DNA of 64,000 bases from Octopus sinensis (Eukaryota). Shown here piece after piece: positions 39,683-50,555 of this stretch. Under the pieces are notes generated by a model, which did not search any database, had not been told where the DNA came from, and saw nothing but the letters and a program-made list of their open reading frames with translations. Every line of letters begins with the position of its first letter. Positions within the stretch are counted from its first letter, which is position 1. The stretch is from positions 126,542,001-126,606,000 of the forward strand of contig NC_042999.1 in assembly GCF_006345805.1 (NCBI RefSeq), in the 5' to 3' direction. Position numbers and translations under genes: made by a program.

Positions 39683-40072
39683 GGATATGGAAGCACTCCG
39701 TCGGTTACGACGATGAGGGTTCCGGTTGATCCGAATCAACGGAACAGCCTGCTCGTGAAATTAACGTGTAAGTGGCTGAGCACTCCACAGACACGTGTAC
39801 CCTTAACGTAGTTCTCGGGGATATTCAGCATGACACAGAGAGTGACAAGGCCAGCCCTTTGAAATACAGGTACAACAGAAACAGGAAGTAAGAGTGAGAG
39901 AAAGTTGTGGTGAAAGAGTACAGCAGGGATCACCACCATCCCCTGCCAGAGCCTCATGGAGCTTTAGGTGTTTTCGCTCAATAAACACTCACAACGCCCG
40001 GTCTGGGAATCAAAACCGCGATCCTATGACCGCGAGTCCGCTGCCCTAACCACTGGGCCATTGCGCCTCCAC
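39683..40072 (-). mobile_element. Young-looking tRNA-derived SINE (family C); related older copies at ~4340-4450 (+) and 54430-54732 (-)
   Basis: Minus head GGAGGCGCAATGGCCCAGTGGTTAGGGCAGCGGACTCGCGGTCATAGGATCGCGGTTTTGATTCCC (A box and variant B box); CpG-rich; inserted in (TA)n. Confidence 0.8.
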
Positions 40073-40106
<34 letters not shown>

Positions 40107-41090
40107 CACACATACATACATAATGTTCTTAGAAATTAAATTTTTTTTCTCTTAAAATACTGCTGGTGTTAGATGGTAATTTAGTAAAACATTTATCAAG
40201 AGTGATAAATTCTTCTTTGATTCTCTTATAAATTCTAACATCCATATAATTGCACCATAATATCCTGTTTTGTAAGGCATTACTGAAGGGACCACTTTTT
40301 ATAACACAATGCTAATCAGTTAATTTTCAAAACTCAGTCTCAGATTCATAAAATTTCCAAACTGAAGTGGAATATTTCAAAGAACATATCAATAGATACC
40401 ATCAAAATAATCCAAATTCATCTAACAAGAATATATCTCAGTTGTTAAAATTACTTACGATTCACTCTTACCAAGACCATTGGTCTTCTTTTTGTCACCA
40501 TCCCCATACTTATATAACTCCAAGTTTAATCTTGTTTTTATATTTAAGGAGTTTACTTGGTGAGTGCATATAGTAAAAGAAAATTGAAAAAAAAGATAAA
40601 AAAAAAAGACTGAAGTCCATAGGAAAAGATAATTTAATCAAATCAAATCCCTCAGGGGAAAAAACCTGATAATTGAAATGATTAGCATACATTCACAGAG
40701 AACAACCATGTGCTGCACAGCTGTGAACAACAAGATAGATTTACAAAGTGAGAGAAATGGTGGGGGACAACAGTCTGCCAAGGAACAAAGAATGAAAAGT
40801 AAGCTATTTCAGATAAAAATTGTCCATGTGAAAGAATACCAACCTCCAATAAATGCCAGTGCCAGAGCATAGAGGAACATTTTGTAGTTCTAATAATACT
40901 AATATTCTGAGGCTTTTTACAAGATGTTTCTCTCTTCAACAATAATGGATAGGATGAAGCTGGTGATTTATATCAGATTCAGGCATTAACTTAGACTATT
41001 GAAAATTAAAATGGGAGAGAAAACCACAATGACCAAGTTTCTCCTTTGTAGAAGCTTATTTACATAAAAAAAAATGACTTCTTTCTTTAT

Positions 41091-43827
41091 TCACACTTTT
41101 CTCCATTTTGATACTTTACCTTCAGCCATCATTTGTTGTTTCTTTTTCTCCTTCAATTGACTTAAGAAACTCTCCAATTCATCAAGAGTTTCTGTTGACT
41201 GAATCATTTTTATAGTGTCATTAGTGCTCTCATTGAAACTTTTATTTCCATCTTTATAAATCTGCTTCCCACCCACTTCTTTCATTTGTTTCTCTCCATC
41301 AAATATCTGCTCTCTTTGAGTAGTATTACTATTAGAGATAATTTCTGAAACACTTTCATCTTGTTCTTCAACCTCTTCATTGTGTCTGCATAACTTTGAA
41401 TCTTTCTTTCCTGCTGTCTCAATCAAAGGAGAAGAAGGAAGTGGAGGTAACAGTAAAGGAGACTGTTGTTCAGGAAATGGTGGAAGAGGTGGAGGTGATA
41501 CACAAGTAGGCAAAGGTGGCTGTTGTTTATCTTCATTAGTCAGTAAACTAGTTTCATTTTCTGAACAGGATTTACTAGAACTATTCATTCCCATATTCTC
41601 AAAGCATCTATCAGATTTTACAAGTGTTGTTTCTGAACATTCCTCAGTAATTTGTGACATATTTTTAACTTTCTGTACTGATTGATTGCAGTCACTTTCA
41701 TCACAATTGCCCAGTAAAGAAACTTTAGTAACAGAGTTAAAAGTCTCATAATTGATTTGTTTTGATGCAATATTTCTACGTTTCCGATTGTCTTCACCAA
41801 TACTTAAAGTAACAGTGTCTTTAAATTCAGTATTTTCATTATCATCTATAGTTCTTACCTCGTCTGAAGAACATTTAACAAACCTTGAACATCTATCAGT
41901 TTCTGGAATTTTTTTCACATTTTCTAACTTCAAAGTATCAGTATCTAGTGTTTTACCACTAGATTCTGAATCTTGAAACAAATTTTTCCTATCCATAAAT
42001 TTCCTGTCAGCTTCTAGAAATTTATCAACAGAATCATTAATTCTAGAAGATGAACCTACTAATTTATCTGAACCTGATGGGCTCTTTCCAGTAGCTGATT
42101 GATGGTAATAAGCATGAGAGCTAGAGTCTTCTTTATTAGATTTTGGAATGTAACATCCCTTTGAACTAGACTCAGATGATCTAGAATTAGTTTCTTCTTT
42201 TCTACGTCTAAAATCATTCTTATCATCTTCATGAGACTTTGTGTGTTTGGAACTCCTACTATGGCTTGATCTATGACTTTTATAGTCTTTATTCTCAGGC
42301 TTTGATAATTTTTTCTCAGACACTGTCTCTTCTTCTTTAAGTTTTTCAGTCTTTCGTAAACGTTTTGCAGTTGTTTCAGAATCCAAAACACATTTCTTTG
42401 ATTGATAACTCTTTGATTCATCACAACTGTCATTATGTTTATATTTTAAATTAAAAACTGAATGATTATCTAAAGATCTCTTCAATTTATCTCGAGTTCT
42501 GTTTGAAGAAGCAGAACTAGAACTAGATGAAGTATTTGATGAAGGGGATGAGGAAGAAGATGAAGACGTAGAAGTGGATGATGATGATGATGATGACGAT
42601 GATGAAGATGATGATGATGACGATGATGAAGATGAAGAAGAATCAGTAGAACTACTTCTGTGTCTGCCACATTTTCCTTTCCTTTGCAAAGATTGCTTTA
42701 TATTAGTATCAAGACTGCTGGATTCCTTTGAACTTTGATGTTTGCTATTAGAATTAGACTTTTTATTTACTGAATGTGTATGTTTCTGTCGTGGTTCAAT
42801 ACACACACTTCTCCTATGACTACGGGTACTTTCAACAATATCTGGTAGTTTGAATTTTTGGCTGCCATCATCATCGCGATTCAGTTCAGGGAGACTTGCA
42901 GTTGGTGAATGTTTCCTGGCATATTTATAAGCTGGTTCATTAGACTTGTGTTTTCTATCCCGACTCAGACTTCGTTTCTTGCCTATTTTATTATCATGTG
43001 TGAAATACAAGTCAGAATCCTTTCCACCTCCTTTCATTGAGTAGGATTCATCAACAGCTTGTTTACCATGAAGATCCTTCAATTGTCTTCTTTTACTTGA
43101 TTCTATGTGTTGATGAGATGTTAAATGTTTATTTGACTTTTTGCTGTCATTGCTAGGTGATCGGCTCTTCACCCTATAGTTACTTTTCCTGTCTTGGCTG
43201 TCATCATAACACTCCTTAGAATTTAAACTGCTGTATTTACACATAGATTGATAATTATCATCAAAAATGACTTCTTGTAATGTCTTTTTTGACTTGGAAT
43301 GGCTCTCTTCATTTGGAGGAAATCTATGAGATCTTTCTCGGTTGATATAAATCTCTTTGAACTCTTGACTCTGTGATCTGACTTTAGTCCTGTTCAAATG
43401 ATCACTGATGTTAGATGAAGGTTTTCTATAAGTGGAGGGCACAGAGTCATAACTATGTGGAGAATTATCTCGAGATAACTTTCCATCCCATACTGAATAG
43501 TCAGGAGATTTAGAATTAGTCCTACTCCGTCTGTCACGGATTGACTTATTTTGCACTAACCTGGTTTCTGGATTTATCTTATAGCTTTTCCCAGGTGAGC
43601 TATGCCGTTCCCAATGGCTATGGCTGAATTCAGAGACTGTTTGACTATCAGAAAAGTGGGAATCACGAGTATCGGAGCGACTTTCATTATGTGTCTCTGA
43701 GTGGCGACTATGCTGGGATTTATGGGAGTCTACATCAAGAGAACGATGCATTCTTGATGGATTCAGGTTTAAAGAATGTGAAGAGGATGCATCAGAAGCT
43801 GAGCCATCATGGTACTTGTGATCTTTT
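41091..43827 (-). CDS. TTC14: TTC14 terminal coding exon (2737 nt; Ser/Arg/Lys-rich low-complexity tail)
   Basis: Acceptor ttttttctcag|A AAA GAT; phase 2 matches the donor at 47004; open to TGA at 41091-41093; poly-Ser tract and C-terminal helix LDELESFLSQLKEKK. Confidence 0.9.
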
Positions 43828-43911
43828 CTGAGAAAAAAAGAAGAAAGACAATGAAAATCAGATTGAAAAATAACTATGCATTCATATATATCTACAATAT
43901 ACATATACATA

Positions 43912-44285
43912 GGTGCAGCGTGGCTGTGTGGTAAAAAATTTGCTTCCTAACCCCATGGTTACAGGTTCAGTCTCATTCCGTGGCACCTTTGGCCAGTGTC
44001 TTCTACTATAGCCTCCGGCTGACCAAAGCCTTATGAATGGATTTAGTAGATGGAAACTGAAAGAAGCCTGTTATATATGTGTGTGTGTGTGTGTGTTTTT
44101 CTCCCAACCATCACTTGACAACTGATGTTGGTGTGTTTACATTCTCGTAACTTAGCAGTTTGGCAAAAGAGACTGATAGGATAAGTACTAGGCTCACAAA
44201 GAATAAGTCCTGGGTTCGATTTGTTCAACTAAAGACAATACGCCAGCATGGCTGCAGTCAAATGACTGAAACAAGGAAAAGAATA
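43912..44285 (+). mobile_element. SINE family A, full length, ~85 nt from the TTC14 last-exon acceptor
   Basis: ggtgcagcgtggctgtgtggtaaaaaatttgcttcc...cagtcaaatgactgaaacaagg. Confidence 0.85.
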
Positions 44286-44396
44286 TAAATATATATATTC
44301 AGAAAAAGGAGATTATTTATTTAACACTTTCATTTCATTTCAATCATTCATCAGGAATGATGCTTTAACAGAAAACTCATGCCTTTTATATAAATA

Positions 44397-44789
44397 CTAG
44401 CAGTATCGCCCGGCGTTGCTCGGGTTTGTAAGGGAAATAATTATATAAGCATTTTTAGAGATGTAAAGTATAATAGCCATCTCAATATGGCTAACCACAA
44501 AGGGGGAGGGGTGTTACTGTAGCTTTTTACGTTCTGAGATTTAATAATAAATTTTAGAGAGTCACTTCCCTTATATATGTCAAAAATGGATTAAAAATGC
44601 GAAAAATTGATGGTAAATTTTTTTTTAAATCGTAGACTCATCGTAGACGCGCGCTAATACCCAGACGGTCTCGATATGAATCACGACTATAAGATACCCG
44701 GTTTTGGTTAAACTGCACCGCAAAATGTGGGAGTAGTTAGGAATCTAAATCGTAGGAGACAGACACAACCTCACTTTTATATATAAAGA
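44397..44789 (-). mobile_element. Non-autonomous Helitron, 393 bp
   Basis: Minus: A|TC... 5' end; 3' hairpin CCCGAGCAACGCCGGG shortly before CTAG|T; no TSD. Confidence 0.85.
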
Positions 44790-45208
44790 TTTCCTCTATT
44801 TACATAATATTGAGGTCTCTTTCTTTCTTTTGTTATCTTACTGTTTTTACCAATATATATATATATATATATAAATATATATATAGTTACAGAGATGTAC
44901 TTGCATAGCAAGTGACTTGATCTGAGATCGTGTGCTGGAACGAAAACAGTTGCAGCGTTGAAGGTGTTTATAAGCCATTTAAGAAACACACAAAAACCGT
45001 TAGATTCACTTCAACATTTAAATTTAATTTGTCAAAATATTTTCGTCGCTTTGAGACCGCGACCTGTTAGCACGATATTTTTGTCAGTGAACAGGTCACG
45101 GTCTCAAAGCGAGGAAAATATTTTGGCAAATTAAATTTAAATGTTGAAGTGAATCTAACGGTTTTTGTGTGTTTCTTAAATGGCTTACAAACACCTTCCA
45201 CGCTGCAA
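44790..45208. repeat. Repeat with a long inverted duplication (119-bp arms 44950-45068 / 45090-45208); single-copy fragment at ~21605-21720
   Basis: ttgcagcgttgaagg...gaccgcgacctgtt / aacaggtcacggtc...ccttccacgctgcaa; about 5 differences; 21-nt loop. Confidence 0.9.
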
Positions 45209-45576
45209 TATATATATACACACATATATATATATATGTATGTATGTATGTATGTGTGTATATGTGTATGCATGTATGTGTGTGTGTGTGCGTGTCTGTG
45301 CTTGTGATTGTCCTCCACCACTGCTTGACAACGAATGTTGGTTTGTTTACATCCCTGTCACCTAGTGGTTTGGCAAAGGAAACAGATAGAATAAGTACAA
45401 TGCTTACAAAAATAAAACTGGAGTTGATTCATTAAACTACAATTCTTCAAGGCATTGCCCCAGCATGGCCACAGACCAATGGCTGGAAAAAGCAGAAGAA
45501 TAAAAGAATACATTCTCTGCTTTGGTCTTATGTTCAAGGCATGAGAAAGCTTGAGTTTACATGAGAAGGCCTAACA

Positions 45577-45830
45577 GACCTGGTAGAAACAGCAGCCAAA
45601 TCTCCCTCAAATCACACCTTACTGTCTTATGTATGTATATATATATGAGCCAATGAGGGGGACCTCTACATGGTAGCTAGACCTGGTAGAAATAGCAGCC
45701 AAATTTCCCCCAAATCACACCTTACTGTCTTATCTATGTATATATGTATGTATGAGCCTATGAGGGAGACCCCTACATGGCAGCTAGACATGGTAGAAAT
45801 AGCAGCCAAATCACACCTTACTGTCTTATG

Positions 45831-45835
<5 letters not shown>
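45577..45835. repeat. Tandem array of ~103-107-bp units (about 2.5 copies)
   Basis: gac(c/a)tggtagaaa(c/t)agcagccaaat at 45577, 45680 and 45787. Confidence 0.85.
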
Positions 45836-45868
<33 letters not shown>

Positions 45869-45869
45869 A

Positions 45870-46328
45870 GCCACTATGGTTATTTAATGTAAAGTCTTCC
45901 TCAAATCACTCTCGCTATTTACTCTCTTCCAAGAACATTTTCACTCACTCTTATCTCTTAGCTTGCCATACATTTTACTCATGTATCTATCAGCGTGATA
46001 GACAGAAACAAATATGCCATCGCCATCGCATTCTATTGTCTACCTGTCAACACACACACAGTGAATTACTTTCATTTTATTCGTTGCACACTGCGTGTGC
46101 GTGTGGTGTAAACCACATTAAGAAAAGCATTTGACATACACACCAGAATGTGAGTTTTCTGTAAATTTTGCTTAATTGGAGTTTAAATTTTAAAAACTGG
46201 ACCTGGCATGACCCGATGCATTCTACTCTTAAAAATGCTAGGTAAATTGTAATTGAAGAAATCCTATATTGTAGATTTCTATAACTGACAAAGGGAGGCA
46301 GATAAAATCTGCCTTTTATAATAAGAGA
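45870..46328 (-). mobile_element. Possible Helitron 5' fragment
   Basis: Minus 5' end A|TCTCTTATTATAAAAG followed by hairpin aggcaga-tttta-tctgcct; no CTAG 3' end found. Confidence 0.35.
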
Positions 46329-46669
46329 TGTGAGATAGTTGAAAATGTCTGGAGTTGAATTGGGAAGAGAATGTTTGTGTGTGTGTGTGTGAATGTATGT
46401 GTGTGTGAGCATGTGGTTAAGTAATTGGAAGTTTGGTTAAAGGGAGAAAAAAGGAAAGAAAAAGAGAGAAAGGTATCTTTTTCAGGGATGGCAGAAATTT
46501 TTCGACTCAGATACATAAAAGGCATAAATTTTCTGTAAAAAAATCATTTCTGATGAATCTCTGAAACAAGATGAAAGCACTAAATAAATAATCATCCAAA
46601 ATTCTGACTACTTCCTTTTCTTAATATATAAAAATCTCTGTACACCACTTCAAACAATTTATCTATCTA

Positions 46670-46731
<62 letters not shown>

Positions 46732-47003
46732 ATATATGCATATATATATATATATATATATATTTGACATAGAGACTATGCCAAATCAGATTGGAGTCTG
46801 GTGCAGCCCCTCAGCTTACCAGCCCTGGTCAAACTGTCCAACCCATGCCAGCACAGACAATGGACATTAAATGATAATGATGGTGATATACACACATACA
46901 TATATACACACACACACGCACGCACACACACACACACACACGCGCACGCACACACACACACACATTAATTCATAGCACTCTCACTAAACTGCAATCTATT
47001 TAC

Positions 47004-47179
47004 CTATAATGTTGATATTTATCAGAGACAACAACCCTCTTGTAGGAATGTCCAGATTTATCTAGTTTAGATTTATGTTGTGAAAAGCTTCCTTCCATAC
47101 TATCCAAGTGGGATGAATTTCTATGTCTTGAGGAAGAAGATTCTATATTACGGCCAGCTGGAGTGGAATTAGGATCAGC
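47004..47179 (-). CDS. TTC14: TTC14 penultimate coding exon
   Basis: ttgcag|GCT GAT...TAT AG|gtaaat; 176 nt; ADPNSTPAGR...VSDKYQHY(R); phases 0 and 2 match the neighbouring exons. Confidence 0.85.
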
Positions 47180-48530
47180 CTGCAAGCAATTGATCAAAGT
47201 ATGTTTAGTGTTATCATCACAAAAAAGAAAATAATAGTTGCAGATAATCCTTTGTAATTAAAGAGAATCTGCAGCAGATGGGTAGATGTAAAATCTACTG
47301 GATAGGCTAAGCAATTGAGCAAAAGAAAGTGAAAGGAAGTTGAGAACATGATATTGATTATTAATTAATAAATGCAAGGGAAACATTTCCAATGATAATA
47401 TTTTTTACTAGGAGAGCAATCTGGCGGAATTGCTAAAATGTTAGGTAAAATGCTTAGTAGCATTTTGTCTGTCTATATGTTCTGAGTTCAAATTCCGTTG
47501 GGAACAACTTTGTCTTTCATCCTTTCAGGGTCAATAAAATAAGTACCAGTTGAAAATTAGGGTTGATTTAATTGACTTAGCTCCTCCTGTAAACCTTCTG
47601 GCTTTGTGCCAAAATTTGAAACCAATATTTTTTTTTTTACTAGTCAGTCTAAAGACAAACACTAATTCTCTTCATATCCATGCAATTTGATAACAGAAAT
47701 AATAATGTGAAATTACTGCAATCAACTCTTTCGGATAATTGTTAAAAGGAAAATGTAGACAGTGAGGCAGACCTAGAGAAGTACCTGTTTCCAAGAAGAA
47801 CTAAAGATGACATGAGGAGATGAGGTGAATGAACCAAGTGAGCTTAGAGGGAAAGAAACTGACAGACAGTGGTTTCAGCAGAAACAGAATGTCATAACTC
47901 AATGGTGAATGAATAGTTATAGTTTAACAGGTAGAGAATAGTTGTCTTATTAAGACATACATGCTGATGGATTAAGTCTATCTTAGTATAGAACATACTT
48001 CTTCCATACTGTGAACAGTAGTAAACTCTGTGCCTAGAAAACCATCCTCTGTCATGTAGTCTTGGTTATGTAATACGTCTAGTTTCTACGAAAGATTAAC
48101 AGAGACCATAAAGCCTAACATTTTTAGGGAATGTAATATTGTTAATGAATGAAGACACAGCATGGAAGACAGACATTAAATAATGATGATGATGTGTAGA
48201 ATATATATTTCGATGGTGTTGAATGAAATTTGGTTATCAGAAATCTCTAAGCATTTTGTTTAGCATACTAACAATTTTATCAGTTCACAACAACAACAAC
48301 AACAATAATAATAATGGTTTCAAATTTTGGCACAATGCCAGCAATTTCAAGGGAAGGAGCAAATTGATTATATTGATCCCAGTGATCAACTGGCACTTAT
48401 TTTATCAACCCTGAAAAGATGAAAGGTGAAGTCAACCTCAGTGGAATTTGAACTCAGAATATAAAGACAGATGAAATGCCACTAAGAATTTTGTCTGGCA
48501 TGCTAACGATTCTTCCAGCTTGCCGTCTTA

Positions 48531-48567
<37 letters not shown>

Positions 48568-48810
48568 GTAATGACACCGCCGCCGCTGCCGATGATGATA
48601 AAAATAATAATAATTAACATCATCATTGTCATTATCTATTTCACCATAAATTCTTTACTAATAATTTATCTGCGCAAATCACTTAACTTGCAACAAATTA
48701 TATTTTTCTTTTTTTTTTGTAATCAAATATCTCATGGAAATCCTTAACCTAAAAGTTAAATATATGTAGATGTTATTCAAAATGTTTTTTGCTTTAACAC
48801 ATTTTCTAAC

Positions 48811-48928
48811 CTTTGACTTAAACAAAATATGCCGCATATAACGACTGGCATCTGTATTAAGTGGATCCACTTGGAGTGCCCGCTTATAGTAGTGCTCTGC
48901 TTCATCTGCTTTATTCTGTTCTTCCAGG
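48811..48928 (-). CDS. TTC14: TTC14 exon, third TPR
   Basis: ttgctag|C CTG...AAG|gttaga; LEEQNKADEAEHYYKRALQVDPLNTDASRYMRHILFKSK vs recalled human [21 protein letters not shown]. Confidence 0.92.
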
Positions 48929-49285
48929 CTAGCAAATGAAATCATCACAGTTGTGAAAGATAAACAGTTCAGGCAACATTGCAAATATAATTAGATGAAA
49001 CAGAATCATAGTTATTCACCCCTTTTTATTTCTTAAAATATTTTCATTTCAAAACAAACAAACAAAAACACACACACATGTATATATATTTTAAATCTTA
49101 TTTCAATTACAATTCTGATTTTAAAAATACAAATTATTATTTTGTTTATAAAGAATTAATAAATAATTTGTTTAATATATGCTTACATCTTTCATTAAAT
49201 TGATAAAGACAAATTTAATTAAAAGATACAAATAATAAAATCAAACAAAATTATATTAAAATTATATATACTTATAATAAAAATA

Positions 49286-49841
49286 CGAGGGTGAGTCAAA
49301 AAGTAATGCCATTTTGTTTAGGACAGGTATAACTACCAACGCAGGAACATGTATCATACATCAAAATGAAGATGGTCCTTTGTGTATCACATCCCTACTT
49401 CTCAACATAGTCACCATTTCTCTCAATAGCAACGTTCCACCTTCGAATGATAGCATGTATCTCTGCCCCCAAAAATTCTGTTGACTGTTCTTTGAGCCAC
49501 TTCTTCACTACCTCCACACTCACCAGATTTAGCGCCTTCAGACTATCATCTCTTCGGTGCCACGAAAGAGGGTTTGAGAGGCAAACATTATTCCAGTGAC
49601 AAGGAAATGAAAACTGTAGTTAAGAAGTGGCTCAAAGAACAGTCAACAGAATTTTGCGGGGCAGGGATACATGCTCTCATTCAAAGGTGGAACATTGCTA
49701 TTAAGAGAAACAGTGACTATGTTGCGAAGTAGGGATGTGATCTACAGAGGACCAGCTTCATTTTGATGTATGATACATGTTCCTGTATCGGTAATTATAC
49801 CTGTCCTAAACAAAATGGCATTACTTTTTGACTCACCCTCG
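49286..49841. mobile_element. Palindromic mariner deletion derivative (two 3' ends in inverted orientation), 556 bp
   Basis: TA|CGAGGGTGAGTCAAAAAGTAATGCC ... GGCATTACTTTTTGACTCACCCTCG|TA; ~226-bp arms; + strand encodes PDLAPSDYHLFGATKEGLRGKHYSSDKEMKTVVKKWL...YVAK*. Confidence 0.92.
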
Positions 49842-49858
49842 TAGAAAAAAAAGCTTAC

Positions 49859-49981
49859 ATTTTCCCATGAGCTACAAGTGTTTGACAAAGATATTTGCAG
49901 GCATTTTGATGGCGAGGATTTGTGGAATAAGCTCCTTCAAAGTCTTCAATAGCTCTTTTGTAATTTTCATTATTAGCATAT
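49859..49981 (-). CDS. TTC14: TTC14 exon, second TPR
   Basis: tttcag|A TAT...AAA AT|gtaagc; [40 protein letters not shown] vs recalled human [39 protein letters not shown]. Confidence 0.95.
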
Positions 49982-50365
49982 CTGAAAGATTACAAGTTAC
50001 AACATAAATATATGAATATAGCAGAATATAGTGTGTGACTGTATAGGGATAAAATTATCCAGATAAAAACCATGGTAGCTCTCAGGCATACTCCAGGTTA
50101 CAGCTAACTTCATCAATGATCATTTAGTGTTAGCAATCATACTATAATTCTTCTGACAGGTAACTCTGGGCTCACTTCCCTGGATTATGAATATGATCAA
50201 GAGTATATATTTCAAACAATTATAAAGAATATGGAGACTGATAAGTCATCAATTTTTTCTTTTAATTTTACAGATGCACTGTATGACCAACAGTAAAAAT
50301 TAAAAAAAAGATTTGTTGATGTACCAGTCTCTATACTCTTTATAACTGTTTTATATATATATATA

Positions 50366-50555
50366 CTGTTGTGTCTGGGGAGAATCATTTTCTTTTTGTG
50401 CCTTTTCAATAGTCTTGAGTCAAGACTATTGAAAAGGTTGCAAGACACAACGAAAATTTTAGGAAAATAAAAATAAGAAATAAGTGGAAATTTTACCGGT
50501 GAGTGTGTTAAATTATAAGGCACAAAAAGAAAATGACTCTCCCCAGACACACCAA
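50366..50555. mobile_element. MITE with 34-bp TIRs and an internal perfect palindrome
   Basis: gtgtctggggagaatcattttctttttgtgcctt (50371-50404) / aaggcacaaaaagaaaatgactctccccagacac (50517-50550), 1 mismatch; left end follows TA. Confidence 0.75.

Noticed and set aside
40000-40072. tRNA-like sequence
   Set aside because: Head of a SINE continuing into a ~320-bp body; no complete cloverleaf or acceptor stem, variant B box
43828-43910. Met start of the 939-aa ORF
   Set aside because: The first ~28 codons lie in the intron (polypyrimidine tract and AG at 43828-43829); the ORF is the spliced last exon of TTC14
44320-44360. Minus-strand CTGATGA...GAAA
   Set aside because: No pairable helices; chance match in AT-rich DNA
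46545-46575. CTGATGA...GAAAC hammerhead-like string
   Set aside because: Only 6 unpaired nt between the core halves, so no helix II or helix III
48679-48984. 101-aa ORF as a standalone gene
   Set aside because: Only 48811-48928 is exon; the rest is intronic read-through
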